Source of the DNA: Eledone cirrhosa
Lineage: Eukaryota
Direction of reading: 5' to 3'
Length of the DNA: 51,811 nt
Assembly: GCA_964016885.1 (NCBI GenBank)
Contig: CAXHJY010000299.1
Coordinates: 1-51,811, forward strand
Below the pieces are notes generated by a model that saw only the letters and a program-made list of their open reading frames with translations, did no database searches and was not told the origin of the DNA. Shown piece by piece: positions 1-19,320 of the stretch. Made by a program: the position numbers and the translations under genes. Each line of letters starts with the position of its first letter. Position 1 is the first letter of the stretch.

Positions 1-448
1 AAACGCGTAGATTACTTCCCTTGCTTTTATCGAGAATCTAATTGTAATACGTGACGTATTCTATTCTATAGCGATTAGGTCTTCAAAATGTTTATTATAA
101 ACATACAGAATATTTTCGAATATTCTATGTCTATATTCACATATATATCGCTATTTCAGAGCATTATTCCAATTTCTAATTTCTGCCGGACCGGCAACCG
201 CTCTTTCAAACCAGTTCCTGTACACAGCTAAGTATTCTATAAGTCTATAGCTGTGTCATTCTCGATAAAAGCACTGGATATGTAGTCCTGATGATTTCTA
301 ACAAGAATGAAACGCGTAGATTACTTCCCTTGCTTTTATCGAGAATCTAATTGTAATACGTGACGTATTCTATTCTATAGCGATTAGGTCTTCAAAATGT
401 TTATTATAAACATACAGAATATTTTCGAATATTCTATGTCTATATTCA

Positions 449-457
<9 letters not shown>
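1..457 (+). repeat. Partial tandem (309-bp period) of a hammerhead-bearing PLE-terminus-like unit, truncated by the window edge
   Basis: 1-148 recurs at 310-457; position 1 begins in the GAAACGCGTAGATTAC 3' half of an upstream ribozyme copy. Confidence 0.85.
282..324 (+). ncRNA. Minimal type I hammerhead ribozyme
   Basis: GTAGTC-CTGATGA-(TTCT/AGAA stem II)-GAAA-CGCG-TA-GATTAC; 6-bp stem I with one G-U, palindromic stem III, GUA site. Confidence 0.85.
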
Positions 458-5935
<5,478 letters not shown>

Positions 5936-6024
5936 CAGGTACACATACATATATGCACGTATCAGTTTAGCGGCGCTTATTATAACGTCGCTTTGCTAAG
6001 TTTTAAGTCTTAGTTTTAAGTCTT

Positions 6025-7558
6025 ATTATAGCTGGTCCAACATGCCCCACTCACCGTCTAAGCAATTTTGTTGACATTATTTTGAAACCACTATGTATTC
6101 ACATACCCAGTTTCATCCGGGATGATATCGACTTCCTGTCCCATCTTCCCAAAACCACGGAAACGAATTCACTTCTACTCAGTTTTGATGTGGTAAGCCT
6201 TTACACCAACATTACACATGATTTAGGAATAAAGGCGGTTAAATACTGGGTGGAAAAACATAGAGAAGTGATTCCCATTAGATTCACAGCGCCATTTATA
6301 TTAGACGCAGTTAAACTTATTCTGGAAAAACAACACTTTCTTCTTCAATGGAAAGAATTACATCCAAATTAGAGGCACAGCGATGGGAACGAAGTTTGCT
6401 CCCGTTTACGCGAACTCTGTAATGGGATACTTAGAACAACAACTCTACCAAGAAATAGAGGAAAAATATAGTACTGACTTTAGAAAGTACATTGAAAAAT
6501 CTTGGAAGAGATACCTTGACGACTGTTTCATCATCTGGACAGAATCTCTAGATACTCTGGATGAGTTCAATATCCTCCTGAATAACCTACACCCATCTCT
6601 CCAATTCACAAAAGAGATGAGTAGGACCAAATTACCATTCCTAGATATAATGATAATCAAAAACGACACCACCATTACCACGGATATATATTATAAACAC
6701 ACAGACACCCATCAATATCTGAATTTTAAGTCGTGCCATCCACCTCATACAAAACGCAACATCCCATACTGCCTAGCCAGAAGAATTTGTACCATTGTAG
6801 AAGATACGAATACCAGGTACAAACGCCTAACAGAACTAAGAGAATTTTTGCTCAAACAAAAATACCCATCTCTACTTATAGAAAATGGCATACAGCGGGC
6901 TATAAAAATACCTATACAACAACTTAGAACAACCCAAAGAAGAAGAAACCAAGAACTGGTCATACCATTTATAATGACACACAACCCATGTCACCAGAAT
7001 ATCTTCAACACTGCCAAAGCAAACCTACCGATCATTGCTCAAAGTAATGAATTAAAAGGCTTAATCACAGATCGATCTTTGACTCTTAGTAAAAGACAGC
7101 CAAAAAATTTGAAGCAATTGCTAACAAAAGCAAAGTTTGACCTTAACAACAAAGACCAATCATTCACTGTATCTAAATGCAATGATAATCGATGCGGCAC
7201 ATGTCAATCCATACACGCCGGTCAATATATGAAAACAAAAACTGGAAAAATATTCACAAATGCAAATATGAACTGCAAAAGCAGAAATCTAATTTACTGC
7301 ATTAAATGCCCGAATTGTGAAGAACTATATGTCGGTCAAACTGGAAATGCACTATCGGAACGTGCACGGGTACACCGTCAACAAATCAGAGACCCAAATG
7401 TCCGTCAGATACCCCTAAGCGGCCACCTGGCAACATGTGGTCAGGGAATATTTATAATATTCCCATTCTACAAATTACACAGCCCAAATGAAATCAAGAG
7501 AAAAATCAAAGAAAAGAATTTTATTGATAAATTCAAACCCAAGCTAAATGAACAATAA
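6025..7558 (+). pseudogene. PLE reverse transcriptase / GIY-YIG endonuclease, frameshifted near 6330
   Basis: IIAGP..THRLS, SFDVVSLYTNI, GTAMGTKFAP, RYLDD, LPFLD, CNDNRCGTC linker, NLIYCIKCPNC..YVGQTG; an extra A in GAAAAA splits the track ORFs 6082-6372 and 6383-7558. Confidence 0.93.
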
Positions 7559-7717
7559 TAACGCCTAGGGGTATTACTTCTACTACCACTATGACCACAA
7601 CCACTAACAACAACAACAATAATAATAATAATAAAAGTGATGTTGATGGTGATGATTAATAGAAAATGCTATTTTCATCATTTCAAAAAAGCAAAACAAT
7701 TGATACGTTGGATATGA

Positions 7718-7862
7718 CTATTGGTCGTTAGCATGCTCAACCAGCCGTGACGCTTAAACCAATCAGCTGTAGTAATTCAGTGAAACTACACACTGATTGG
7801 TCGAAATACAGTTTACAGGGCTTTGCATTCTGGAGCCACTTTTCTCTGTATAAAATGTATAA
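7718..7862 (+). promoter_or_regulatory. Putative pLTR Pol II promoter
   Basis: CCAAT/ATTGG at 7720, 7759, 7796; GCCACTTTT then TATAAAA at 7849; same layout at 37341-37407 and 37891-37950 (minus). Confidence 0.55.
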
Positions 7863-7927
7863 AAGGTAGGAAATTTACCCATCTCATTACAGTTGAAAAT
7901 TGCAAACTCGACTGTCACCACATATCA

Positions 7928-7966
7928 TGAACCTGAAGATTGCGAAAGCATGAAAGTACTTGTTCA
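7928..7966 (+). ncRNA. Minimal hammerhead ribozyme in PLE pLTR
   Basis: TGAAC-CTGAAGA-TTGCGAAAGCAT-GAAA-GTAC-TT-GTTCA. Confidence 0.85.
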
Positions 7967-8117
7967 ATTAACACTTAGAATTTAATATTCTATCATACTA
8001 TTTCATTATAATACCATTATATATATTTTAAAAGATTGTAAATAAAACGAGTAAATCAGACAAAGTTGGAATTCCTCTTATTAATATAATCTTCTATACA
8101 CAATCATACACACCCGT

Positions 8118-8151
8118 GTATATTTACCTATCTATATCTATATACATATAC

Positions 8152-8182
<31 letters not shown>

Positions 8183-8399
8183 CATATATATATACATATA
8201 TATATACATATATATATATACATATATATATACATATATATATATACATATATATATACATATATATATACATATATATATACATATATATATATACATA
8301 TATATATATACATATATATATATACATATATATATATACATATATATATACATATATATATACATATATATATATATACATATATATATACATATATAT

Positions 8400-8430
<31 letters not shown>

Positions 8431-8461
8431 TACATATATACATACATATATACATATATAT

Positions 8462-8494
<33 letters not shown>

Positions 8495-8542
8495 TATATA
8501 CATACATATATATACATATATACATACATATATATACATATA

Positions 8543-8578
<36 letters not shown>

Positions 8579-8592
8579 TATATATACATATA

Positions 8593-8646
<54 letters not shown>

Positions 8647-8682
8647 CATATATATACATATATATACATATATATACATATA

Positions 8683-8718
<36 letters not shown>

Positions 8719-9143
8719 TATATACATATATATATATACATATATATATATACATATATACATATATATATACATATATACATATATATATATATACATA
8801 TATACATATATATATATACATATATATATATACATATATACATATATATATATACATATATACATATATATATATACATATATACATATATATATATACA
8901 TATACATACATACATATATACATATACACATATATACATATACATATATACATATATATATACATATATACATATATATATACATATATATATACATATA
9001 TATATACATATATATATACATATATATATATACATCTATACATATACATATATATATACATATATATATATATAAATATATATATATTTATACATATATA
9101 TATATAAATATATATATATTTATACATATATATAGATTTATTT

Positions 9144-9179
<36 letters not shown>

Positions 9180-9241
9180 TTATATACATATATATATATA
9201 TATATATATAAATATATATACATATATATACAAATATATAC

Positions 9242-9284
<43 letters not shown>

Positions 9285-9371
9285 TATATACATATATATA
9301 CAAATATATACATATATATATATACATATATATATATATACATATATACATATATATACATATATATACAA

Positions 9372-9405
<34 letters not shown>

Positions 9406-9411
9406 ATATCT

Positions 9412-9455
<44 letters not shown>

Positions 9456-9478
9456 CTATACATATATATACATATATA

Positions 9479-9573
<95 letters not shown>
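8118..9573. repeat. (TA)n/TACA microsatellite array
   Basis: Direct reading. Confidence 0.97.
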
Positions 9574-9576
<3 letters not shown>

Positions 9577-9814
9577 GAGTGAGAGAATAGACAGACATAT
9601 GCAGAGAGAGAGAAAGACAGGCAGAGGAGAGAGAGAGAGATGCATATACATCCGAACGTATACAAACGCATATACATACATATATGTATACATCCACCAA
9701 TCGCATTACATTAAACCCATGGCCTGCAAATACCTGATCCACCGCAGCTGTGAAGTTTCTGAGTTTCAACGTTAACAATTCGATTGTGGAGGGACACGTA
9801 TGTGATCTCGAATT

Positions 9815-10860
9815 ATTGAGACACATACAACATTTGATCCACTGGATGTAGGTCTCAAGATACAATGATACAGATTCAAGGTATACAGAGGGGTTAGAGA
9901 CACATACACCATTTGATCCACTGGATGTAGGTCTCTAGATACACACAATGAGACATGACCAGGGTATACAAAGGGTCCAGAGAGACATACAACATTTGAT
10001 CCACTTGATGTAGGTCTCAAGATACACACTATGAGACATGACCAGGGTATAGAAAGGGGCTAGAGAGACATGCAATATTTGATCCACTGGATGTAGGTCT
10101 CCAGATACACACAATGAGACATGACCAGGTTATAGAAAGAGACATGCAACATTTGATCCACTGGATGTAGGTCTCAAGATACAATGACACAGGTTCAGCG
10201 TATACAAACGGGTTAGAGACACATACATCATATGATACACTGGTTGTAGGTCTTCAGAAACACACAATGAGACATGACCAGAGTATAGAAAGGGGTTAGA
10301 GAGACACAATATTTGATCCACTGGATGAAAGTCTTCTAATACGCAAAATGACACAGGATCAGGATATAGAAAGGGTCTAGAGACACATAAAATATTTAAT
10401 CCACTTGATGTAGATTTCCAGATACAATGACACAGCTTCAGGGTATACAAAGGGATTAGAGATACATACAACATTTGATCCACTGGATGTAGGTCTTCAG
10501 AAACACAAAATGAGAGAAGACTAGGGTACCAGGCACACATTTCATCCACCCAATGCACTTCTCTGAATACATCGAACGAGATAAGATCCGGATGTACAGT
10601 GGAGCCAGAGACACATACAAGACTTCATTAATCTCATGGAGGACTCCGGATACAACCAACAATACAGTATCAGGGTATACAAAGGAGTTAGGGTTACACA
10701 TAATACGACACTCCAGCCATCGCATACAGTTCTCCAAATATAATCAAAGAGATGAGATCAGGATGTACAAAAGACCCGATGCCATAAACACCACTTCATC
10801 CACTGAATCCAATTCGCCGCATACACCCAAAAAAAAGAGATCGGGGTGTACAAATGAGGC
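9815..10860. repeat. ~80-bp minisatellite, about 9 good copies then decayed copies
   Basis: CATTTGATCCACTGGATGTAGGTCT core near 9831, 9910, 9994, 10076, 10150, 10228, 10310, 10393, 10472. Confidence 0.9.
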
Positions 10861-10875
10861 AGGGCAAAATTGAAA

Positions 10876-11620
10876 ACATCAATTTAAAGTGTTTGTATTT
10901 ATGTAAGAACCTTTGTTAAGTTATGTTCCAAAGATCAATTTAAAATGTTTATATTTATGTATCAGTATTGGTGCTCTGAAATAGCGATGTATAGTATATT
11001 TGGCAATATACTGTCTGTTTAATTAAGAACATTTAGAAGACAATTCGCTATTAATTTTAAAGTAGTGACTATGTCACTTACTTATTTTCGGCGAAAACAA
11101 AGGGAGAGTGATTGACAGCCTGTTTCCCGCTTGTTGGCGTTTATCAAAACCACCCCCAACCCCTGCCTCCACCAAATATTGTAGGAGCTGGTTTCTTATA
11201 GAATTCCAGTAATAATCAGGAGCTGATTATACAAAGCGATTGCCGGTCCAGCAAAAATTAGGTATTAGTTTATATTTATGTAAGAACCTTTGTTAAGTTA
11301 TGTTCCAAATATCAATTTAAATTGTTTATATTTATCTTAAAAGCTTCTATCATAATTTAAATGTAAGGACCTTTGTTAAGTTATGTTTCAAATATCAATT
11401 TAAAATGTTTTTATTTATCTTAAAAGCTTCTATCATAATTTTATGTAAGAACCTTTGTTAAGTTATGTTCCAAACATCAATTTAAAATGTTTATATCTAT
11501 CTTAAAAGCTATCATAATTTTATGTAAGAACCTTTGTTAAGTTATGCTCCAAACATCAATTTAAAATGTTTATATTTATATTAAAAGCTTCTATAATAAT
11601 TTTATGTAAGAATCTTTGTT
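10876..11620. repeat. ~83-bp AT-rich tandem repeat (about 4 copies at 11276-11620, one at 10876-10960)
   Basis: TTTATGTAAGAACCTTTGTTAAGTTATGTTCCAAA recurs. Confidence 0.88.
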
Positions 11621-12084
11621 GCGAAAAACAAAATAAAAAAACTTTAGCCATATTTGTAAATAACTGCACTGCCTCAATGTGAGTGTGTCCGTGAATCATA
11701 TACAGATACACCTGGTTCGAAGACAAAGGTACCAAATCATAGAACAACATGGAAGCGATGCATGCTCCGTATATTGGAGCAAATGGTGAAATAGAATGGA
11801 GAGGATAAAGAAGAAAGTTAGGGTTAACTCGTGGTGTGCCTACAGAAAATAGTGTGATGTTCATGGAAGCTACGTTCAGAGACAAACTACTCGTAGTTTA
11901 TAGATTTTGAAGGGCTTTAGACAAGTTAAAATTAAAAATGAAGCTAGTAGAAAAAACACATTTTCAATAAATGTCCTGATCAGTAGAATTAATTTTAAGG
12001 ACAAAAAAAAAAGCTCCAAAAACCTGTACTGATAGAAAATGTCTAGTCTACAAGGTAAGGCAAGGGATAAATGTAGCTTTTAGC

Positions 12085-12310
12085 TTAACCCTTTAGCATT
12101 TACATTACTTTATATATACTACTATATTTTCATGGTAAAGTCTCTACCTCACATGATTATCTCACATAATATCAAATCTACGTGATTTTGATATTCATTT
12201 GGAGAACAATACCTTAACATCAGTATGAGCAACTGGTTACAGCCAATTTGAACAGAAAGAGGTGAGAAAATTCTGGCCGGATACAGCCGGTTTAAATGCT
12301 AAAGGGTTAA
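12085..12310. mobile_element. piggyBac-type MITE
   Basis: TTAA-CCCTTTAGCATTTA ... TAAATGCTAAAGGG-TTAA: TTAA target duplication and CCC-starting terminal inverted repeats. Confidence 0.8.
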
Positions 12311-12471
12311 GGTTTAAAGAGGGAAACAGTAATAGGAACACAACTTATATAGGTGAAATATCTCGCGGTATAGAAAAAAGGATATAAATGTCACTGATGA
12401 GGACTCCAAGTCAAGAAAAACTCCCCAGTGCTCTAGTAACATGACAAACTAGAACATGGAACACACACATA

Positions 12472-12512
<41 letters not shown>

Positions 12513-12542
12513 TTATATATATATATGTATCTATCTATATAT

Positions 12543-12950
12543 ATCCAATGATATTAAATAAATGGAAACTATATTTATAAAACCATATTTATTCTATTAT
12601 ATATATTTCAAGGGTACCAAAATCGTTGGTACGCTTTCATCTGATAAAATACAAAGTGTGTTTTATAAATTTTGACATAGCCAAGGAAACATACCTTATC
12701 AGTTGAATTTTCCTTGGGTAGTGAATTTAAAGAACGGATTTTTTCAAACTTTTAGGATGAGTATGCAAATGAATATGTAAATGAGGTTGAGTTATATGAT
12801 TGAAAAACCGTTATTTAAACGCTATGGAAAGTTTAGATATATTAGTAGGAGAGGAAGGAAGAAAAAGGAAAAAGAAGTGCCGAGTACTCTGAATCAGTTA
12901 TAAACATTTATATTTGTTGAATTTCCAACAAATTAAATATCCCTTCTACT
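12543..12950 (-). mobile_element. PLE-terminus-like element of the 26003/48567 family, mutated hammerhead, internally inverted
   Basis: 12543-12720 is the reverse complement of 48567-48740 (core CAGATGA); 12880-12945 matches the tail 48765-48825 on plus. Confidence 0.7.
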
Positions 12951-12954
12951 TATC

Positions 12955-12985
<31 letters not shown>

Positions 12986-13034
12986 TAAGAATAAAGGAGC
13001 AATGAATCAGTGTTACATCATAACAAATTTAATA

Positions 13035-13126
13035 ACATATTACATATGTTTCATTGTTGATCTGTTCGAGGAACGATCTATTATTGATCGAACGTTACCC
13101 TGGAATCGAAAGATCCTCAGATATGC
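13035..13126 (-). ncRNA. Hammerhead ribozyme with extended stem II domain
   Basis: Minus: GCATAT-CTGAGGA-~60 nt-GAAA-CATATG-TA-ATATGT. Confidence 0.8.
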
Positions 13127-13263
13127 TTCACTATGTAAGCTCACCCGTGATGGTGTATGAATATCTCCCAATTCCTTGTCACATTTACCACATTCCATCA
13201 ACGTAATATTCCGCGGTATAAGCTCAATGGTTCGTTATTCATCATACAATTGGTTTAAGTACA

Positions 13264-13264
<1 letters not shown>

Positions 13265-13339
<75 letters not shown>

Positions 13340-13385
13340 GCGTGTGTGTGTGTGTGTGTTTGTGTGTGTGTTTGTGCGCGTCTGT
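13265..13385. repeat. (TG)n microsatellite
   Basis: Direct reading. Confidence 0.95.
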
Positions 13386-13496
13386 GTAGGTTTGTATATA
13401 ACCTGATTGGTTTTTTTCGTTGCTTTGGTATTATGTAGCTAAGCTCGCCTGCCACAGTTTTCAATTTGTAAAGCTATGTTATTACTTTAAGGTGGT

Positions 13497-13995
13497 ATCC
13501 CGCCAAGGTTGACTTTGCCTTTCATCCTTACGGGGTCGATACAATAAAGTACCAGTAATGCGCTGGTTAATTGCTGGCCTTGTGCCTAAAGTAGAAACAA
13601 TTATTTAGGGTGGTTGATTGGCAGTATCGGTAGAGGGTTGGACGCCATGCTTTCTAGCATAGATTTACGTCCCTTTATGATCTGAGTTCAAATCCCGCCG
13701 AGGTTAAGTTTGCCTTTCATCCTTACGGGGTCGATAAAATAAAGTACCAGTAATGCACTGGTTAATTGCTGGCCTTGTGCCTAAAGTAGAAACAATTATT
13801 TAGGGTGGTTGATTAGCAGTATCGGTAGAGGGTTGGACGCTATGCTTTCTAGCATAGATTTATGTCCCTTTATGATCTGAGTTCAAATCCCGCTGAGGTT
13901 AAGTTTGCCTTTCATCCTTACGGGGTCGATACAATAAAGTACCAGTAATGTGCTGGGTAATTGCTGGCCTTGTGCCTAAAGCAGAGACAGTTATT
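13497..13995 (+). mobile_element. Tandem array of tRNA-derived SINE family A (one partial, two full ~195-bp copies)
   Basis: A-box-like TGGCAGTATCGG, B-box-like GAGTTCAAATCC, conserved GCCTTTCATCCTTACGGGGTCGATAAAATAAAGTACCAG domain. Confidence 0.9.
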
Positions 13996-14125
13996 ACTCT
14001 AAGGTGACACAACATTATCGAGTGCTTTGCTGAACATTCCAAATTGTATATCGTCAGCTTGGCCACAGCCAGAACTTCGATTTTTCTAAACATCCATTTG
14101 TATATATGTATATATAGTTAAAACA

Positions 14126-14325
14126 GTGACAAGTACAGGTACGTAAGTTTCGTCCAGTTGTTTACTCCAATTCATTGAAAGCCTTCTTTTGGAAGGCTGA
14201 ACGAGTTGTGGGATTAAAAACCAACGCAACTTAAGTAACTGTATTGTCACAGGTGTAGTTAATCATATTTAGCTCTTCATATGGAGTCAGCACTATTGGA
14301 TATTTGTACCAAGTTAATACTACAT
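14126..14325 (+). repeat. Diverged palindrome with decayed hammerhead and tail
   Basis: 14126-14153 inverted at 14224-14250; AGG-CTGAACGA-GTTG..CAAC-GCAA-CTTAAG-TA. Confidence 0.55.
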
Positions 14326-14339
14326 TATATATATATATA

Positions 14340-14753
14340 TAATGGAAAAATTTGAACGGGGACAAAACAGAGAGGCAGTACAATAAATGTTTATTAATTT
14401 CACGCTCAGGAGAGTGAGGTGTAGGTGGGGGACGACGTTTCGGGCATAAGCCCTTCCTCAGGTGAGAAGTGTGTGGGAACAGAGTTCAAAAGGTGTGTAG
14501 GGGAGTGGTGGAGAGACATATAGCGAAAGGAAACGGTGCGAATGAAAAAATAACAAATAAAGATAAAAATAAAAATAAAGCATGATCAAAATACAAGGAA
14601 TGAGATAAATTTAAAAATAACGGCATGATCAAAATAAATTGAAATTAAAAGGGGGGGTAAACAGGTGGTGGAAGGGTGTGGGGTGAGTAGGGGTGGTGGC
14701 GGGTGGAGTGGGGAGAGGGAGACGGGGTGTCCGAGCGGGGAGGGCTGAAGGTG

Positions 14754-14786
<33 letters not shown>

Positions 14787-15015
14787 TAAGGGTTGGGGGA
14801 AGAACGGGGTTGCATGTTCAGAAAGAGGTGTGTGTGGGGGGTGTTTTTGTGGGTCGGAGTGTCTATGCGTGTGTGGATAGGGGGGTGGGGGGAGAGGAAT
14901 CAGGAGGCTGAGGGTGTAAATATGTGGTGGAAAGCACGTGTGTGGGGTTTAAGCGTGTTGTGGGTGTGGGTGGCGTGTGGAGAAAAAAATTTTTTGGGGT
15001 GTGTGTGTGGGTGAG
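14340..15015 (-). mobile_element. PLE-like 3' terminus with hammerhead core (14432-14465) and GT-rich UTR
   Basis: Minus CTGAGGA-AGGGCTTATGCCC-GAAACGTC, stem I weak; second copy at 41978-42095. Confidence 0.65.
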
Positions 15016-15048
15016 TTATATAGGTGATTATATATATATATATATAAT

Positions 15049-15240
15049 GGCGGTGGATTGGCAGTATCGGTAGAGGGTCAGACGCCATGCTTTGCAGCAT
15101 AGAGTTACGCCCCTTTATGGTGTGAGTTCAAAGCCCGCCCAGGTTAACTTTGCCTTTCATCCTTACGGGGTCGATAAAATAAAGTACCAGTAATGTACTG
15201 GGGTAATTGCTGGCCTTGTGTCAATAGCAGAAACAATTAT
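15049..15240 (+). mobile_element. SINE family A
   Basis: Full-length match to 13608-13800. Confidence 0.9.
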
Positions 15241-15248
15241 ATATATAT

Positions 15249-15409
15249 ATAGGAACCAGTAAGACCCCGACGGCTGAGCTCAAGCCGTCGAGACGGCTTG
15301 AGCTCAGCCGTCGGGGTGTTACTGGTTCCTATTACCCACTCTACTACCCTAAGTATTGAGTACTTTAGTGCGTTATGGTCCACCTGGTTCCTTACCACAT
15401 TTCCTTCGT

Positions 15410-15410
<1 letters not shown>
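15249..15410 (+). mobile_element. Short palindromic element plus tail (family also at 26521, 27133, 41817, 48336)
   Basis: Inverted arms 15249-15332 then unique tail, flanked by (TA)n. Confidence 0.8.
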
Positions 15411-15463
<53 letters not shown>

Positions 15464-15774
15464 CCATGAGAAGTGCTTCAGTAAGACAGATATTGTTTGA
15501 AAAAAATTGAAAATAAATAGTCGCAAAAACTACGAGAAAAAAGATTTACGCTTTGTTTTTTTTTTTCATATTACAAAGTTTCGGCTTATAGAACCCTTAT
15601 CAGCAATATAAGTAGCTGGAAAGTAGCTTTTAGCTACACAGTTGTGTGAACATTATGGATTACGACATGTGCAGATTGGTTCAGTTATATTAGCCAATTA
15701 GTAAAGTGTAAATCTTCGTTGTTGACATCTGATCACTGTCTAACTACTTTTTTGCTAAATGTAGATTCCCATTA

Positions 15775-16770
<996 letters not shown>

Positions 16771-16954
16771 ATAAACATATTTGTATACAGCTATGCTCGA
16801 AACTAAATACTAATTGTATTATATAAATACATACATATATACAAATACCTAAATATATATATACTTAGGTTAATAGGAGTTAGGTATTGTATACCCCTGT
16901 CCCATTAAGGTATTGGCAGCATAATAATTAGCTCTATACTTTGGAGCAGAGCCG

Positions 16955-17249
16955 TATATATGATAAAGAACACAAGAGCGTCTACAACATCAAAAGATTT
17001 TTATTGGCTTACAATGTTTCTTCCTTACGTAACCGTAGGATTCGTCAGAGCTATAAAAGGGGGTTTGATTGGTGTTATGGACTCTACCAACCAACCATTC
17101 AACTCTTTGTTCTTGAATGTTTGGTTGGTAGAGTCCATAACACCAATCAAACCCCTTTTATAGCTCTGACGAATCCTACGTGTACGTAAGGAAGACACAT
17201 TGTAAGCCAATAAAAATCTGTTGATGTTGTAGACGCTCTTGTGTTCTTT

Positions 17250-17259
<10 letters not shown>
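16955..17259. repeat. ~300-bp near-perfect palindrome (arms ~148 bp, 10-nt loop)
   Basis: 16955-17102 is the reverse complement of 17113-17259 with few mismatches. Confidence 0.95.
17007..17051 (-). ncRNA. Hammerhead ribozyme in left palindrome arm
   Basis: Minus GCT-CTGACGA-ATCCTACGGTTACGTAAGGAA-GAAA-CATTG-TA-AGC; the right-arm copy has GACA instead of GAAA. Confidence 0.72.
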
Positions 17260-17308
<49 letters not shown>

Positions 17309-17749
17309 GAGTAATTTCTACAGTTGAGTGAACTTGGTTTTTTTTGTTGAGAAGTACAAATATCAGAAATAATTGATATGTCTTCATACCATTACTTCCT
17401 TATTTTTTCGAATTGCTGTGATTAAAATTTTTGCACCTCTATCTAACCGGAGTGACGTTCTGTTTTGTTTGTATCTGTCGCCGCGTGTCAAACGTAACTA
17501 CACCGTGCGCCATTCCACATGGTGATGGTTCGTTTCATTCCCCTCCAGATATAAACAGTTATGTTTTATTATATGTATATAACAGATATCTTAGTCGAGG
17601 TGCCATTTTTATCTACAGCGTCTCCTGGGCATTTTAAGCCCGGCGGAGCCCTTCCCTGTCCATGGTTGTATTATATATCGCATTTGTATATGATTTCGAA
17701 TTAGATAATTGACGGTTTCCTCTGATGATTGTTTCGCGTCTCCGATAAA

Positions 17750-17783
<34 letters not shown>

Positions 17784-18475
17784 GGAGAGAGAGCGAGAGA
17801 GGGAGAGAGAGCGAGAGAGAGCGAGAGAGAGAGAGAGAGGGGGAGATAGAGAGGCAGGAGGGATGGAGAGAGAGAGGTAAAGGATCGTGTATCTTATGAG
17901 AAGTCTCAGTATCTTGTATATATACAAAGCATCATACATCCATCCATACGTACACATATGATGGCTGCAAACTCTGCTAATATTATTGCAATCGGTTGTC
18001 AGATTTTAGAGATCGGTGTACCTTAAGGCTACGGCCAGCCACACGAACCTGTAACACATCCTTATCAAGCAATACCTGTGCTTTGAAAGTATTTTTAAAG
18101 TGGGGAAAGGCTTTGCACACGACCAACCCCACTCTCTGAGCATCGAAAACACTACCCGAAAATGAGAACTGGTCAACATCATCGGATGTTTCCGAAGCCG
18201 CAGGTTTATTTTCAGAGTTTACTCTTCTAGAAAGGTGTTGTGACAACAACTGGGGCCCCTTTCACTCCCAGGTGAAAAGAAAATGTACTATTTGGATGGC
18301 AGAGGACATATACATATATGTACACGAAAGTAATATTTTTTTTTTTATTTATAACACACGAGTCAAAGTATAGGAAAAAGTAGTTGAAAATGCAATTGAA
18401 ATCTTCAAGTTTATTTCCAATATATATATATATATATATATAGTTATGTAATAAACAACATCAGATAATTATTTC

Positions 18476-18540
18476 ATTTACCAAAGGTTTCAGGAAGACA
18501 GACGACCTTGGCACATACGTCCGCCTTCAATCATCAGAAT
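18476..18540 (-). ncRNA. Hammerhead ribozyme (family of 39347 palindrome)
   Basis: Minus ATT-CTGATGA-(GAAGGCGGACG/CGTCTGTCTTC)-GAAA-CCTTTGG-TA-AAT; short stem I. Confidence 0.72.
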
Positions 18541-18924
18541 ATATATATACACAAATTTTAGTACAGCATTAACGAAGCTTTAGTTTGCGGCCAACCTAAC
18601 GAATGCAAATTCGGTATGTAGCTTTAGCACTCGAATGGGAATAGTACCCCAGAGTAATAATAATAGGTTTAGACAGCTTAGCAAATCAAATATAGCGATC
18701 GGCTGTCCAGCCGCGTTACCACAACAACGAAAATACATGACTCTGGAAAAGATTTTAGTCTGACCTGGACAGAACGCTGGGACTAAATGCAATGTATAAT
18801 GCATATCGTATAGCACACGATATACATCACATACATATGGCATGACAAGAGTGGAAGAGAGTTTTCTGAGGGTGTTTTTTGATGATAACACCCCGGTGAT
18901 AAAATTTGCTCCGAACGAAATACC

Positions 18925-19015
18925 CGTGTCTGAAAGGACCTGCAGCCGTAGAATCAGCCAGATCCAGACAGGGACCATGTCTCGAGATACCTGCCAGCGA
19001 AACAATTGTGACACG
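18925..19015 (+). ncRNA. Degenerate hammerhead-like motif
   Basis: CGTGT-CTGAAAG..GAAA-CAATTG-TG-ACACG then AATAAA; core and cleavage triplet non-canonical. Confidence 0.5.
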
Positions 19016-19232
19016 CAATAAATTAAGTCCAGATGCATCACTGATTTTTCGTTTTCTTTATACTATCTACACTCTACTCTGCTGAATATCGAGTGCTAAT
19101 TTTGGCATACCGCCTATGGAAGCACCATAGCTACCATTATACACAACCATATATATATATAGATACATATATATATAGTATTAATATATAAAAGAACAAA
19201 GAATCACTGTCACATCATATATATATTTAATT

Positions 19233-19320
19233 ACATATTACATACGTTTCACTGTCGATCAGCTCGGGGAACGATCTATTGATGATCGAAACTCTGGAAT
19301 CGGAAGCTCCTCAGATATGT
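19233..19320 (-). ncRNA. Hammerhead ribozyme with extended stem II (family of 13035)
   Basis: Minus ACATAT-CTGAGGA..GAAA-CGTATG-TA-ATATGT. Confidence 0.8.

Larger units (their letters stand above)
6025..8115 (+). mobile_element. 5'-truncated Penelope-like retroelement (Neptune-like) with 3' UTR/pLTR, inserted between (TA)n arrays
   Basis: RT plus GIY-YIG coding region followed by CCAAT/TATA motifs and a hammerhead. Confidence 0.93.

Noticed and set aside
9815-10860. 80-bp repeat as CRISPR array or C2H2 zinc-finger array
   Set aside because: Inter-core segments are homologous rather than unique spacers; unit length varies out of frame and no Cys/His spacing is kept
12389-12446. TGTCA-CTGATGA-GACT/AGTC..GAAA..TGACA hammerhead candidate
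   Set aside because: No convincing stem III or NUH site; possibly a relic but unsupported
13608-13700. tRNA genes at SINE heads
   Set aside because: A/B boxes present but no cloverleaf; part of dispersed SINEs
15568-15610. Minus-strand CTGATAA..GAAAC hammerhead-like motif
   Set aside because: Uncompensated G8 change and no consistent stem III/cleavage register
17983-19041. 88-aa and 153-aa minus-strand ORFs as host exons
   Set aside because: No recognisable domain or clear splice context; needs a BLAST search
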